Shown here piece by piece: positions 45,859 through 56,217 of a DNA stretch of 64,000 nt. The notes below the pieces were generated by a model. That model worked only from the letters and a program-made list of their open reading frames with translations, did not search any database and was not told where the DNA came from. Location of the stretch: assembly GCA_910585965.1 (NCBI GenBank), contig CAJUHH010000014.1, forward strand, positions 10,148-74,147, written 5' to 3'. Made by a program: the position numbers and the translations under genes. Numbering within the stretch: the first letter of the stretch is position 1; every line of letters begins with the position of its first letter. This DNA comes from an uncultured Lachnospiraceae bacterium (GTDB taxonomy: Bacteria; Bacillota; Clostridia; Lachnospirales; Lachnospiraceae).

Positions 45859-47160
45859 ATGCTGGGAGGGTCTTTTGGGGTCGCCTTTTTTCGGAACGCG
45901 ATCGCGGCCGGATTGTTCATGACGGTATTTCTGCTGTTGGATCGTCCGAAATTTCCCATGAAAAAAACACAAATATATTATGCGGCTTATGGATGTCTGA
46001 CTGTGTTTTTCTTCAGCATCTGGTATATGCTGGACAGGGAAAGCTTCGCCCGCTTTTCTGGAATATCTGTGTTTCCGGTGATAGGAAGCTTTTGCATTTG
46101 GATGAGCAGGGAAAGGACATATTTGTCGTTGTATAAGATTGCGCTTGGTTTTTATTTGCTTGCGGTCACGACAGTCTGCGGGGTCGATGTGTCGCGCTTG
46201 TGTTTTGGGGGGAATATTTGGGCGGATATTATAGTCAGGATCGTAACGAGTCTGGTCATCCTCCTTGTGATATTTGGGAAGGTACGGCAAAATTTTCTGG
46301 ATGGCGCGGATATACTGGAAGAGGAAATGAATATATTCAGCATTGCCGCGCTGTTTGTGTCCATTGTGATCGTTGCGTTTATCGCCTTGTGGCCTGGGGA
46401 CCGCACGCTCTCCGCCGTCAGGATCATGCGGATACTGGTTTTATTTATCATGGCAGGGCTGATTCAGTATATGATGTTCCGCATGTATCTGCATCTGGGC
46501 AGGGAACACAGATATCAGGTAGAGAAGGAACTGCTGGAAATGAACGAAGAACTTTTATACCACCAGCTGAAGCAAATGAGGGAGTCGGGAAAGGAAGCGG
46601 TGCGGATACGCCACGATATCCGCCATCACTGCCTCTTGATCGAAGAATATATTAAGAACGGGGAAAACGAAAAGCTTCTTGCTTATGTCAAACAGTATGA
46701 GGAAGATGTGGAAAGCGGCAGGGCGGAGCGCATTTGCGCCAATGAGACGATTAACAGTATTTTGACTGTCTATGGACGGTATGCGGAAAAAGAAAAGATC
46801 AGGATAACGATGGATGTGAAAGCTGCGGAAGAAATCGCGGTGCGGAATATCGATATGGTCGCTGTTCTGGCGAATGTGGTGGAAAATGCCATCCATGGAT
46901 GCCTCCGCTCGGAGAAAATGGAAAAGGAGATCGGGCTGTCCATCGTCCAGAGGGGGAGCCAGATCATCATCCGATGCAAAAATACATGCGCGCCGGATGT
47001 GGAATTCCATGACGGGGTTCCCGTATCCTCATCGGGCAGGGGCGTGGGTGTATCCAGCATTAAGAAAGTCGTGTCTGATTATCATGGGGAAACGGATTTT
47101 TCCATGGAGGACGGCATGTTTGATGTGAGGATACTGATGCAGGTTCCGTCAGGGGTGTGA
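45859..47160 (+). CDS. Second membrane GHKL sensor histidine kinase
   Basis: RHDIRHH, NVVENAIHG, GVGVSSI. Confidence 0.9.
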   Translation: MLGGSFGVAFFRNAIAAGLFMTVFLLLDRPKFPMKKTQIYYAAYGCLTVFFFSIWYMLDRESFARFSGISVFPVIGSFCIWMSRERTYLSLYKIALGFYLLAVTTVCGVDVSRLCFGGNIWADIIVRIVTSLVILLVIFGKVRQNFLDGADILEEEMNIFSIAALFVSIVIVAFIALWPGDRTLSAVRIMRILVLFIMAGLIQYMMFRMYLHLGREHRYQVEKELLEMNEELLYHQLKQMRESGKEAVRIRHDIRHHCLLIEEYIKNGENEKLLAYVKQYEEDVESGRAERICANETINSILTVYGRYAEKEKIRITMDVKAAEEIAVRNIDMVAVLANVVENAIHGCLRSEKMEKEIGLSIVQRGSQIIIRCKNTCAPDVEFHDGVPVSSSGRGVGVSSIKKVVSDYHGETDFSMEDGMFDVRILMQVPSGV

Positions 47161-47256
47161 TGGGGCGTTATGGATATTCCCTTTTTCTTTATAAGCCATA
47201 TTTTAAAGGTATACGGCAGTTTTGCCAAGAGTAGAAATTTTATATAGAAACAGCGT

Positions 47257-47301
47257 AAGGGCAGTTATGAACTTGTAATGGGTTTGCAGCTGCTCTTTTT
47301 G
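47257..47301 (+). terminator. Possible terminator hairpin
   Basis: aagggcagttatgaactt / gggtttgcagctgctcttttt imperfect stem plus T-tract. Confidence 0.4.
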
Positions 47302-47486
47302 CATTTTGGTGGAGGGTTTTCTTTTCTGGCCATAAATGGTTATCTCCAAACTACATTTTATTTTATAAAGAATATGATTGAAAAAGCGGTTTATATATGG
47401 TAGTTTTTATATATAGTATTAATATATGAGACGGATATATACCCATATTAAAATTGCAAGAAGATATAGAAGGAGAAAAACAAAAG

Positions 47487-48560
47487 ATGGCTTATGATAT
47501 TGGAAAAGAAGAATCAGAAAGGATTCAATTTATGAAACTAGTTTTTTGTATAATGGTAGTATTCATACATTCCTATACAGCAGAAGTAAACTTTGCAGAC
47601 ACTGTGGTTACAGCGGAAAAGTCACCGTGGATGGGAATGGTTCAACTTATAGTGTCAAAGGTGATTTCTGGATGTGCCGTCCCGGGATTTTTTACGATGT
47701 CTGCTGTGCTGTTATATAGGAAGGGCTTTTCATGGAGGGATAATGTAAAAAGAAAAATCCAGACCCTGCTTGTCCCGTATTTTATACTGAATACATTCTG
47801 GATAGCTTTTTTCTATGCAGCAAGCAGCATAAAGGCATTGGGCATTTTTTTTTCAAGTTCGTTGTTCAGAGTGCCACAATGGGGTATAAAGGAATGGCTG
47901 GATGCTTATTTGGGGATAACAAGGGATCCGGTGTTGTATCCATTATGGTTTGTAAGGGACTTGTTTGTATTGAATATGGCTGCAAGAGTCCTCAAACTGG
48001 TTATAGACAGGATTCCTAAAATATGGTTTGTGTTTATTATGTCAACATTGGCTTTAAATATCGATTCGGGGATGTTTTTCCTGTCAACGCAGGCGCTTGC
48101 CTTTTTCTCTTTGGGATATTATATCGTAAAATATGGCTTGACTTTCAGCGACTTGGATAAAGTTCCTGCGGCTGTGGCGGCTTTTCTGTATGCCGCGCTG
48201 GCAATGGCGAATTATTTGACAATCGGGATGGCGGTACATACAGTATTCTGTGCATTGTCCGATATAGCAGGTGTTTTCTTCTGTGCATGGGCCAGCAGGT
48301 ATTTTCCGGGCATGGGCTGTAAAAGCAAGCTGCTTTGGGTTTCTAAATATAATTTCAGCATATATTTATTCCATGAATTAAACCTTTCCATACTGAGAAA
48401 AATATGGTTTAAGATGTTTCCAGCGGACATTTTCCTGCAGGAAGCATCGTATTTTTTACTGCCTTTGTTTATAATCCCATCCTGCATATTGTTAAGCAGG
48501 ATTATGGAAATGGCTGTGCCAGGGCTTTATAGGACAGTGACAGGGGGCAGGAAGCAGTAG
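47487..48560 (+). CDS. Acyltransferase family 3 membrane protein
   Basis: MVVFIHS, AVPGFFTMS, LLVPY..N, PLWFVRDL, SIYLFHE. Confidence 0.88.
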   Translation: MAYDIGKEESERIQFMKLVFCIMVVFIHSYTAEVNFADTVVTAEKSPWMGMVQLIVSKVISGCAVPGFFTMSAVLLYRKGFSWRDNVKRKIQTLLVPYFILNTFWIAFFYAASSIKALGIFFSSSLFRVPQWGIKEWLDAYLGITRDPVLYPLWFVRDLFVLNMAARVLKLVIDRIPKIWFVFIMSTLALNIDSGMFFLSTQALAFFSLGYYIVKYGLTFSDLDKVPAAVAAFLYAALAMANYLTIGMAVHTVFCALSDIAGVFFCAWASRYFPGMGCKSKLLWVSKYNFSIYLFHELNLSILRKIWFKMFPADIFLQEASYFLLPLFIIPSCILLSRIMEMAVPGLYRTVTGGRKQ

Positions 48561-48680
48561 CGGGAAAATCAATATAAAAGAATTGATGACTAACTTTTAT
48601 TGTGTGCTTTGAAATAAGGGAGTATAATAAATACATGAGATATGGAACTTATTCACCGATCATATGAGGAAGAATGACAA

Positions 48681-50687
48681 ATGGGGAAAAAAGCAAAAAA
48701 AGAGATATTTCCGATTAAAGCGAAGCTGTTGGGGACGATACTGCCGGTAGTTGCAGTCATGGTACTGGTGATTGCCGCGACCTCCTATTTGATTTCCAAG
48801 AATATTATCACGGAATATTCGCAGAATCTGTTGAACTCGTCCATTGCAAACCAGGCGAATGAGATTGAGTCATGGCTGGACGAGAATTTATCCGCTTTCC
48901 AGACCGTAAAACAGGCGATTGAGGGGACGAATCCGGATGAGGCGGCCTTGCAGGGCATACTGGACAGCTATTACCAGTTCAATGATAATTATCCGGAAGG
49001 GCTGTACGTGGCGGATGAAAACGGAAAGCTTATGAAAGCGGCAGAATCGGACAAGGCTGAGAGCAATCTGTTAGAATCCGTGTGGTACCAGGACGGTATC
49101 ACAAGACTGAATATGGCATTTACAGATGCATATACGGATGAGAATGGAGAAGCGCTTGTCAGCGCCTCCGGTATTTTGGATGATGGTTCGGATGTTTTGA
49201 AGGTGATTTCAGCGGACTTGTCCCTGGAACGCATCAGCATTATCGTAAACAGCTTTATCGAGATGGAGGATGCGCAGGCATTCCTGGTTAATGCCGAGGA
49301 CGGCACGATCCTTGCCCATCGGGATAACAGCCTGATTTCTACAAGGCTTGCTGATGCCGGAGACGCATTTATGAGGGATGTGGGCGAAAAGCTGAAACAG
49401 TATGATTACCGTATGACGGAAATCGATGATAGAATGACGGCATTTACGGAAATAGAAGGAACAAACTGGATTCTGGTTTCCTATATTCCGACGGAAACGA
49501 TTTATGCGGATATTAACGGCGTCAGAATTCTCATGGTTATGATTGGCCTAGTATCGCTGCTTTTGCTTGCCGTTTTGATTGAGCGCGTTGTCCAGGTAGT
49601 TATCAAGCCGGTCAAGGAGCTGACAAGAATCATTACTTCTATGACCGACGGCGATTTTACGGTTCGCGTGACAACGAAGAGCAACGATGAAATCGGTGTC
49701 ATGAGCCGCGGCGTGGAGCGGTTTATCCAGTCTATGCGCGGCATGATTTTGTCTATCCATGGCGTATCGGATAAGCTACATATCCAGGCGGACAACAGCA
49801 ACGGTGTTTCGGGTGAAATGTATCATGCTTCCAGGCTGCAGAGCGAATCGATGCAGGAGTTGAACAATACGGTAGAACAACTCTCCCTTTCGGTGAATGA
49901 GATTGCGGAAAATGCTACCACGCTTGCGTCAGTGGTGGCGAATACCAAAGACGATGGCGGACAGGTAGACCTCAAGATGAAAGCGACGGTAGAGGTATCC
50001 CGCCAGGGGAAAGCGGACATGCAGAACGTCGGCGCTGCGATGCAAAGCATCAATGAGTCGGTGATGAAGCTTCAGATGGCAATCGACAAGGTGGGAAAGG
50101 CATCCGAGGAAATTACGAATATTACGGGTGTAATCAGTGAAATTGCGGATGAGACAAACTTATTATCATTAAATGCTTCGATTGAGGCAGCCCGGGCGGG
50201 AGAGGCAGGAAGAGGCTTTGCGGTAGTCGCCACAGAAATAGGAAAGCTTGCGCAGACCAGTTCCAATTCGGTACACGATATCGAAAGCTTGATTTCTGAA
50301 ATCAATGCCCTTGTAAAAGATGCCGTCAGCCAGGCGGGGGACAGCGTCGGCAATATTAAGAACAGCGGCGAGATGGTACATAATGCATTGAAGACATTTG
50401 ATGTCATCTTTGATAATATTGACGAGGTCAATAGCCTGGTACAGCAGATGATGGAAAAGATGGAGCAGGTGGATAATGTCGCAGTCAATGTGGCGGCGAT
50501 TTCCGAGGAACAGGCGGCAAGTTCGGAAGAGATTCTGGCGACATCGACGACGATGGTGGAACAGGCGCACAGCATCACCGGAAACAGCGAGACAGTAGCG
50601 GAAGGAGCAAAAGAACTGACAGAGTCGGCGGTAGAGCTGGCAAATCAGGTAAACATGTTTAAGGTGGATAGGGAGGATGAAGTATGA
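48681..50687 (+). CDS. Methyl-accepting chemotaxis protein (Cache sensor, HAMP)
   Basis: Two TM helices flanking WYQ..TDAY.D Cache motif, [30 protein letters not shown]. Confidence 0.96.
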   Translation: MGKKAKKEIFPIKAKLLGTILPVVAVMVLVIAATSYLISKNIITEYSQNLLNSSIANQANEIESWLDENLSAFQTVKQAIEGTNPDEAALQGILDSYYQFNDNYPEGLYVADENGKLMKAAESDKAESNLLESVWYQDGITRLNMAFTDAYTDENGEALVSASGILDDGSDVLKVISADLSLERISIIVNSFIEMEDAQAFLVNAEDGTILAHRDNSLISTRLADAGDAFMRDVGEKLKQYDYRMTEIDDRMTAFTEIEGTNWILVSYIPTETIYADINGVRILMVMIGLVSLLLLAVLIERVVQVVIKPVKELTRIITSMTDGDFTVRVTTKSNDEIGVMSRGVERFIQSMRGMILSIHGVSDKLHIQADNSNGVSGEMYHASRLQSESMQELNNTVEQLSLSVNEIAENATTLASVVANTKDDGGQVDLKMKATVEVSRQGKADMQNVGAAMQSINESVMKLQMAIDKVGKASEEITNITGVISEIADETNLLSLNASIEAARAGEAGRGFAVVATEIGKLAQTSSNSVHDIESLISEINALVKDAVSQAGDSVGNIKNSGEMVHNALKTFDVIFDNIDEVNSLVQQMMEKMEQVDNVAVNVAAISEEQAASSEEILATSTTMVEQAHSITGNSETVAEGAKELTESAVELANQVNMFKVDREDEV

Positions 50688-51664
50688 GAAAAAAGCTGGG
50701 AATACTGTTGGGCTTGGCAATGTCCGTAGCGCTGGCGCTTGCTGGCTGCGGGGGCGATGGCGGCGCTGCCTCCAATAAAGACGTAAAAATTCTCCTTGTC
50801 CTGAACCAAATGGACAGCTTCCGTGAGACGCTGGTTGCGGCGGCGAGGGACACCGCTGAGGCGGAGGGCGTGCAGTTTGAATTCAAAGATGCCGAAGGAT
50901 CGATTGAAAAACAGGTGAATTATCTGAAATCAGCCAAACAGGAGGGCTACAATGTGATTCTTTGCAGCCCGGTATCCGCAGAGACGGTTGTGGAGCTGAA
51001 GGCGAGTGCAGGGGACATACCGATTGTCTTTATCAATAGCTGCCCGGATGAAAAGCAGCTAAAAGAAGGGGAATATGTTTATGCCGGGTCTGACGAATAT
51101 GTAGCAGGGCAGTTTCAGGCCGAATATGTGCTGGATAAGCTGGCAGACCGCCAGGAGATCAATGTGGTGTTATTAAAGGGGGAAAAAGCCCATTCTGCGA
51201 CGAACGGGAGAACCAAGGGGGTAAAGCAGACGTTAGAGAGCAGCGGAAAAACAATCCATTACGTGTTTGAGGATTATGCGGACTGGGACCAGGAACTGGC
51301 AAAGCATCTGTTTGAAACATTTCTAAGGACGGGTTCGCCAGTGGACTGCGTGCTTTGTGAAAATGATTCCATGGCGCTTGGCGTGATTGAAGCATGCAAA
51401 GAGGCGGATATCGACCTGAACACCTTGCCGGTGCTGGGCGTGGATGCGACTGCCGACGGATGCGCCGCGATTAAAAGCGGCGAGATGGCATTTACCGTCT
51501 GCCAGTCCGGGACCGGGCAGGGAGAAGCGGCGGTAAAGGCGGCAATCCGATTTGCAAAGGGAGAATCCCTTGATTCGCTGGAGGGTGTCAGCGAGGACGG
51601 GAAATATGTATGGGTTCCTTTTGAAAAAGTAGACAGTACCAATGTGTCACAGTATGGAAAGTAG
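50684..51664 (+). CDS. RbsB/MglB-like sugar-binding lipoprotein without adjacent ABC transporter
   Basis: Lipobox [32 protein letters not shown] overlap with the MCP stop. Confidence 0.88.
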   Translation: MRKKLGILLGLAMSVALALAGCGGDGGAASNKDVKILLVLNQMDSFRETLVAAARDTAEAEGVQFEFKDAEGSIEKQVNYLKSAKQEGYNVILCSPVSAETVVELKASAGDIPIVFINSCPDEKQLKEGEYVYAGSDEYVAGQFQAEYVLDKLADRQEINVVLLKGEKAHSATNGRTKGVKQTLESSGKTIHYVFEDYADWDQELAKHLFETFLRTGSPVDCVLCENDSMALGVIEACKEADIDLNTLPVLGVDATADGCAAIKSGEMAFTVCQSGTGQGEAAVKAAIRFAKGESLDSLEGVSEDGKYVWVPFEKVDSTNVSQYGK

Positions 51665-51833
51665 CGGCTCTGATGAAGGTTTCTCTGGGAAGGCGGCAGC
51701 GGGCAGCTTGTTTTTGCCTGTCCGGTGCAGCTTCCCAGTTTTTTATTTCCCGCATTCTTTGTTGCAATGCTAGTTGGTTTCCTTTTGCCCTGAAAACTGG
51801 AAGTTAACGTTTTCGTGTTTTCGGTTTGATAGC

Positions 51834-52427
51834 TTAGTTTCTCCATTCAAGTATTCCATCAAGCTTTTTGCGTGGTCTTTCTTTAGGAAATTCATTTGGA
51901 TAACCGAATGCAATAGCGGCGATAAGCTGCCCGTCACTGTTTAACCATTTGCACAGTTCTGAATATGCAAAAAAAATGTCGCATATCCAAAGACTTCCTA
52001 TTCCTTTTTCGGTAGCAGCAAGAAGCATATTTTGTATAGAAGCACCTATAGACTGAATATTACAGATTTCAGAAACACGTTCTTCTGGTGTTAATTCTGA
52101 CAAAATACTTTTTCCCAGTGAATTAATAACAAAAATTATGGCTGGTGCTTCTGCCATTATATCAATAGTATATTTTGCCGAAGCTACATATTGTTTTCTT
52201 TTTGGCAACAATGCGCTGCCATTTTCTTCCCGTTCAATCCCCTGACGGAAAACTTTCAGCATTTCTTCTTTCGTATTTCCTTGTATTACTATATACTTCC
52301 ATGGCTGTTTATTTTTAGAAGATGGTGCTTTTGCTGCACTTTGGATTATATCTATAATATCTTTCTCAGATATTGGCTTATCTATAAATTTTCTGATGCT
52401 TCGTCTATTGTAAATTGCAGAAATCAT
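51834..52427 (-). CDS. Nitroreductase family protein
   Basis: RRSIRKF, APSSKNKQPW, QNMLLAA..GIGSLW, FGYP. Confidence 0.93.
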   Translation of the reverse strand: MISAIYNRRSIRKFIDKPISEKDIIDIIQSAAKAPSSKNKQPWKYIVIQGNTKEEMLKVFRQGIEREENGSALLPKRKQYVASAKYTIDIMAEAPAIIFVINSLGKSILSELTPEERVSEICNIQSIGASIQNMLLAATEKGIGSLWICDIFFAYSELCKWLNSDGQLIAAIAFGYPNEFPKERPRKKLDGILEWRN

Positions 52428-52643
52428 TTTTATTATTCCCTTTCAAACTGTGATCTGTTTTATTCCGAATTATCGGTTCCTATTATATAATATAGTTAGA
52501 AAACCCAAATTTCAATAGTTATGCCGAATTATCCCCGCTCTGTTTCCTTTTATCGTTCCGGCTGCTGCCGCGATGGTTCTTAAAGGAATAGACTTTATAC
52601 CTTGGTTGTGATATATTTATATTATATTAACATTATCAGAGAG

Positions 52644-52704
52644 TCTTTAGTGGTGTATGATGGAATATCCCATGTACTGATGGCAGTGCATGGGGTATCT
52701 TTAT
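52644..52704 (+). repeat. Partial (3' hairpin) copy of the 300-bp island repeat
   Basis: atatcccatgtactgatggcagtgcatggggtat matches 56051-56113 and 63351-63413. Confidence 0.8.
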
Positions 52705-52740
52705 GTATAAATGAAGGATTTTTTGCGTGCAAATTAGCGG

Positions 52741-52769
52741 TAGATAAGGAAACCGAAATCTGGTATAAT
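52741..52769 (+). promoter_or_regulatory. Probable sigmaA promoter
   Basis: tagata-17 bp-tataat with TG extension. Confidence 0.55.
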
Positions 52770-52787
52770 TACTTAAATTGCGGAGAT

Positions 52788-52868
52788 GTGGGAGTTTATC
52801 AGAATCCGGGGAATAAAAGCTTCTGGAAAGCAGTCCGCTCTGAAATATATATGGTAGTACCAAAATAG
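52788..52868 (+). pseudogene. N-terminal stub of an AAA-ATPase-like/PD-(D/E)xK family gene
   Basis: MGVYQNPGNKSFWKAVRSEIY resembles the MGxYLNPGN..F..A..SEIYVDKT start of this family, then stops after 26 codons. Confidence 0.6.
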
Positions 52869-52889
52869 ATGAGAGGAAGGTATCTGTCT

Positions 52890-54485
52890 GTGAAGTATAG
52901 GAAGATAAAAAGATGCGGCAATCTGGCGGTCAGCGAAATTGCTTTAGGGTGTGAGGGGTTTATAGGAAAGACCCGGGAAGAATTTAAGAAAATGCTGGAC
53001 CGGGCGATGGCGCTTGGAATTAATTTTATTGATATGTATACGCCTAACCCTGAATTTAGGGACAATTTAGGCGCGGCAATGGCAGGAAGGAGGGAGAAGC
53101 TCGTCCTGCAAGGGCATATCTGCGCGGCGTGGGAGGACGGGCAGTATCTGCGAACCAGAGATATCCTTAAGGCAAAGGAAGCCTTTGAAGACCAGTTAAA
53201 GCGGCTGGGAACGGATTATCTGGACATCGGCATGATTCACTATGTGGATGGGGAAAGTGACTTTCAGGAGGTTTTTCAGGGGGAAGTCATCCGATACTGT
53301 AAGGAACTGAAGTCGGAAGGGAAAATCAGGGCCATCGGTTTAAGTTCCCATAATCCGGCGATTGCCAGGAAAGCCGTGGAGAGCGGACTGATTGATGTAT
53401 TGATGTTTTCCGTGAATGCCGCTTATGATATGCAGCCGGCAAGCGAGGACTGCAACGATTTGTTTGATCCGGCCACCTATCAGGAAGGGTTTGTAGGAAT
53501 GAATCCCGACAGGAAGGCCCTATATGAACTGTGTGACAGGGAAAATGTTGCCATTGATGTTATGAAAGCGTTTGGCGGCGGGGATATGCTGAATGAAGAA
53601 CTGTCTCCTTTTGGGGTGGCGTTTAATGAATATCAGTGTATCGAATACTGCCTGACCAGGCCGGGAGTGGCAGCTGTCATGGCAGGATGCCGCAGTGAGG
53701 CCGAAATAGAAAAAGCAGTGTCCTATTTCATGGAAATGTTTTTACAGATACCCTTTGAAGGTTTGTGTAGATTGGTAGAAGAATATTATGATTATGATGG
53801 GTATGAATACATTTTTCTTTGGATAAGTGATTTTTCCAGTTTTGAGTGTACTTTGGAAGAAAAGGAAAAATTTTATAGCTTATTGGAAGTATTAAATCGG
53901 ATAGGAAAAAAACCGCTTATGGCATATGGCGGATATGATTCGATTTTGCTTACACAAGATCAAATGCCAGTAAGACTTTTTGGTGTTGCCCAGTCTGTAG
54001 GATATGGGGAAGCAAGAACAATAACGCCTGTGGGGGGTGGGCTTCCGGTTAATAAATATTATTTTTATCCTTTGCATAAAAGAATGAGGTTTGACGAAGC
54101 ATTAAGTATATTAATGGAGAATGGTTATTTTAGTATAGAAAAGTCTAATGCAGAACATGCAGATGATTATTATTCAGAAATATGTAATTGCAAACAGTGC
54201 CAAAATATTATTAAGAATGATATTGATAATTTCAGAATTTATAACGCATCTATTCCGTATACAGTGAATGCCAGATATGGTGAAATAAAACGTAATCGTC
54301 CGACAACAGAGGCAAACTTGGTTGCAGCATTTCATTTTTTGTTTTGCAAAAATAATGAATGGAAACAAGTTGAAAATGAAAAGAGAAAAGAATTAATACA
54401 GCAGTTGCTAAATGATAGTAAAAAATACGGTTCTAGAGAAAGACAAAAACAAATAGAAGAGTGGTGTAATATATTTGCGGGATAG
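52890..54485 (+). CDS. Chimeric ORF: truncated aldo/keto reductase fused in frame to the C-terminal half of a TGT-like zinc-binding protein
   Basis: VSEIALGCE, INFID, LKRLGTDYLD.GMIH, IGLSSH up to about 53730 (GC-rich); then AT-rich YGGYDS, GYGE, CNCKQC..FH segment; the usual C-terminal Fe-S domain is absent. Confidence 0.75.
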   Translation: MKYRKIKRCGNLAVSEIALGCEGFIGKTREEFKKMLDRAMALGINFIDMYTPNPEFRDNLGAAMAGRREKLVLQGHICAAWEDGQYLRTRDILKAKEAFEDQLKRLGTDYLDIGMIHYVDGESDFQEVFQGEVIRYCKELKSEGKIRAIGLSSHNPAIARKAVESGLIDVLMFSVNAAYDMQPASEDCNDLFDPATYQEGFVGMNPDRKALYELCDRENVAIDVMKAFGGGDMLNEELSPFGVAFNEYQCIEYCLTRPGVAAVMAGCRSEAEIEKAVSYFMEMFLQIPFEGLCRLVEEYYDYDGYEYIFLWISDFSSFECTLEEKEKFYSLLEVLNRIGKKPLMAYGGYDSILLTQDQMPVRLFGVAQSVGYGEARTITPVGGGLPVNKYYFYPLHKRMRFDEALSILMENGYFSIEKSNAEHADDYYSEICNCKQCQNIIKNDIDNFRIYNASIPYTVNARYGEIKRNRPTTEANLVAAFHFLFCKNNEWKQVENEKRKELIQQLLNDSKKYGSRERQKQIEEWCNIFAG

Positions 54486-55563
54486 AATTGTTTTGATAAC
54501 GGGAGCTGGTTTTTCAGCTCCTGCAAAATTGCCAATACAAGATAAAATATTAGATGAAATGATTGCAGTGCCGACAAGTGATTTTATGAATGCAGATCCT
54601 ATTCGTGAAAGCATAAAATTTTTGACTGCTTACATAAATATTGCGATTTATTTATTAAAAGTATATGGAAATGTTAATACTCAAAAATTAGAAGAAAAAT
54701 ACGATATTTTACGTCATAATTATTGGGCAGATAATAGAGTAGCCTCTGTATTGCGGTATATTCGTAATAAATATGGCAAAGAAGCAGATATTAGAAATTT
54801 TAATTTAGAGGATGTTTTTACCGCATTTGATAAAAGTATTTCGATGCGTGAAAATACAAAAGATTATTCCTATATACAGATGGATATTTTACAGCATTCA
54901 TTGCTGAGATTATTTGTATATTACTTTGCAAATAGAACAAATAGACATACCTATATGTGTCAGGATTATGAAAATGTAATTCTTTTTTTGAAACGGGAAT
55001 TAGGGTACATTTCTGTAATAACTACTAATTGGGATGTTTTGTTGGAACAGTATATAGATAAAGCAGGAATAAAATTTGATTATAATTTTAATAGTGAATA
55101 TGTTATAAACGAAATTAGCAAAGAGAAGAATTTAAAAAAGAAACCCGGCAGGGCGATTAAGTTGCTTAAAATTCATGGGTCAATAAATTGGTTTAGATGT
55201 TTGCGGTGCGGTACATTACAAATATGCGGAGCAAATGAGTGTGGACAATATCTTTTTGATGACTTGAAAGAAGAAAGATGTTATAAGTGTGGGCAGAATG
55301 CAAATAAAATAATTTTTTGTGGATATTCGCTTCCAGTAGCAGATTTTGAGTTTAGATATCTGTTGAAACAAAATATAAAGCCAACTGCTAAAATAGATGT
55401 AGTGTTATATCATAATGATGATCCATCAAAGTTTTATGATAAAAGCAGTGTAAGAGACTTATTGCCGGAAAAGCGTTTCAAAGATTTATTTTCAGGGAAT
55501 GAATGCAATTTCTATTATGAAGGATTTGGAGAATATTTCAAAAATGTTATTTCTAAGACATAG
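54475..55563 (+). CDS. SIR2-family (sirtuin-like NADase) protein with CxxC pairs, possibly internally shortened
   Basis: ITGAGFS, ITTNWD, LLKIHGSINW, CLRC/CYKC, FCGYSLP.AD; TTG start overlaps the upstream stop. Confidence 0.85.
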   Translation: MRDRIVLITGAGFSAPAKLPIQDKILDEMIAVPTSDFMNADPIRESIKFLTAYINIAIYLLKVYGNVNTQKLEEKYDILRHNYWADNRVASVLRYIRNKYGKEADIRNFNLEDVFTAFDKSISMRENTKDYSYIQMDILQHSLLRLFVYYFANRTNRHTYMCQDYENVILFLKRELGYISVITTNWDVLLEQYIDKAGIKFDYNFNSEYVINEISKEKNLKKKPGRAIKLLKIHGSINWFRCLRCGTLQICGANECGQYLFDDLKEERCYKCGQNANKIIFCGYSLPVADFEFRYLLKQNIKPTAKIDVVLYHNDDPSKFYDKSSVRDLLPEKRFKDLFSGNECNFYYEGFGEYFKNVISKT

Positions 55564-55652
55564 CGTTTTTGAATATTGAGGAATCGATAAAATATTTTTC
55601 AACGACAGAAAAGTTTTGCTGATTGTCGATTATTTGGAAAGGCTGAAAGAAA

Positions 55653-55775
55653 ATGAGTGAATTTCAAGAGTTTTTAAATGAACAATTGCAGGATGATGAA
55701 TTCAGAAAAGAATGGGAAGATATTCAGCCGGAAATGGATGTGATTCGTGCAATAGTTGATGCAAGGATTTTATAA
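55653..55775 (+). pseudogene. Truncated HigA/XRE-type antitoxin
   Basis: MSEFQEFLNEQLQDDEFRKEWEDIQPEMDVIRAIVDARIL* stops just before the HTH; start overlaps a ..DYLERLKENE* stub. Confidence 0.65.
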
Positions 55776-55803
55776 AATCTTATCAAGGGTTAAGCAAACA
55801 TAG

Positions 55804-56113
55804 CGGAAGCCCCTAAAACCGCGCCATCCGCAGTCCTAAAGGCTTCCTTAGGGGAGGATAAGTATAGTGGACTGGAAGTAGAAGAAACCTGATAAACAGG
55901 GCATTTGCGCGTCCTCTAAAGGTGTTGGCAACACTTGGCAACAGTTTTTTTTGTTAGTGTAGAGTGGGTTAAGTTTTTGATTTGTTGAGGATAAAAAACT
56001 GAATATGGAGTAGACATGCCGGAGAGAAGAAAATGGATAGGATAGGTGATTCTTTTGTGGTATGCAAAGGAATATCCCATGCGCTGGTTGGTGGTGCATG
56101 GGGTATTTTATAA
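55804..56113 (+). repeat. ~300-bp non-coding direct repeat, copy 1 (att/element-end-like)
   Basis: First 59 bp identical to 63120-63178; similarity continues to 56113/63413; contains the ttggcaacac-ttggcaacag tandem and hairpins. Confidence 0.93.
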
Positions 56114-56134
56114 GGTCTTATTTTGAAAAGTTTA

Positions 56135-56163
56135 TTGAGTGAAATTATATCTTGAAGTATAAT
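56135..56163 (+). promoter_or_regulatory. Probable sigmaA promoter
   Basis: ttgagt-17 bp-tataat directly after the repeat. Confidence 0.55.
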
Positions 56164-56217
56164 AAAAAATAAAGGTTATGTTGTTTGATATAAGTATATA
56201 TGGTAAAGGTAGCAGAC

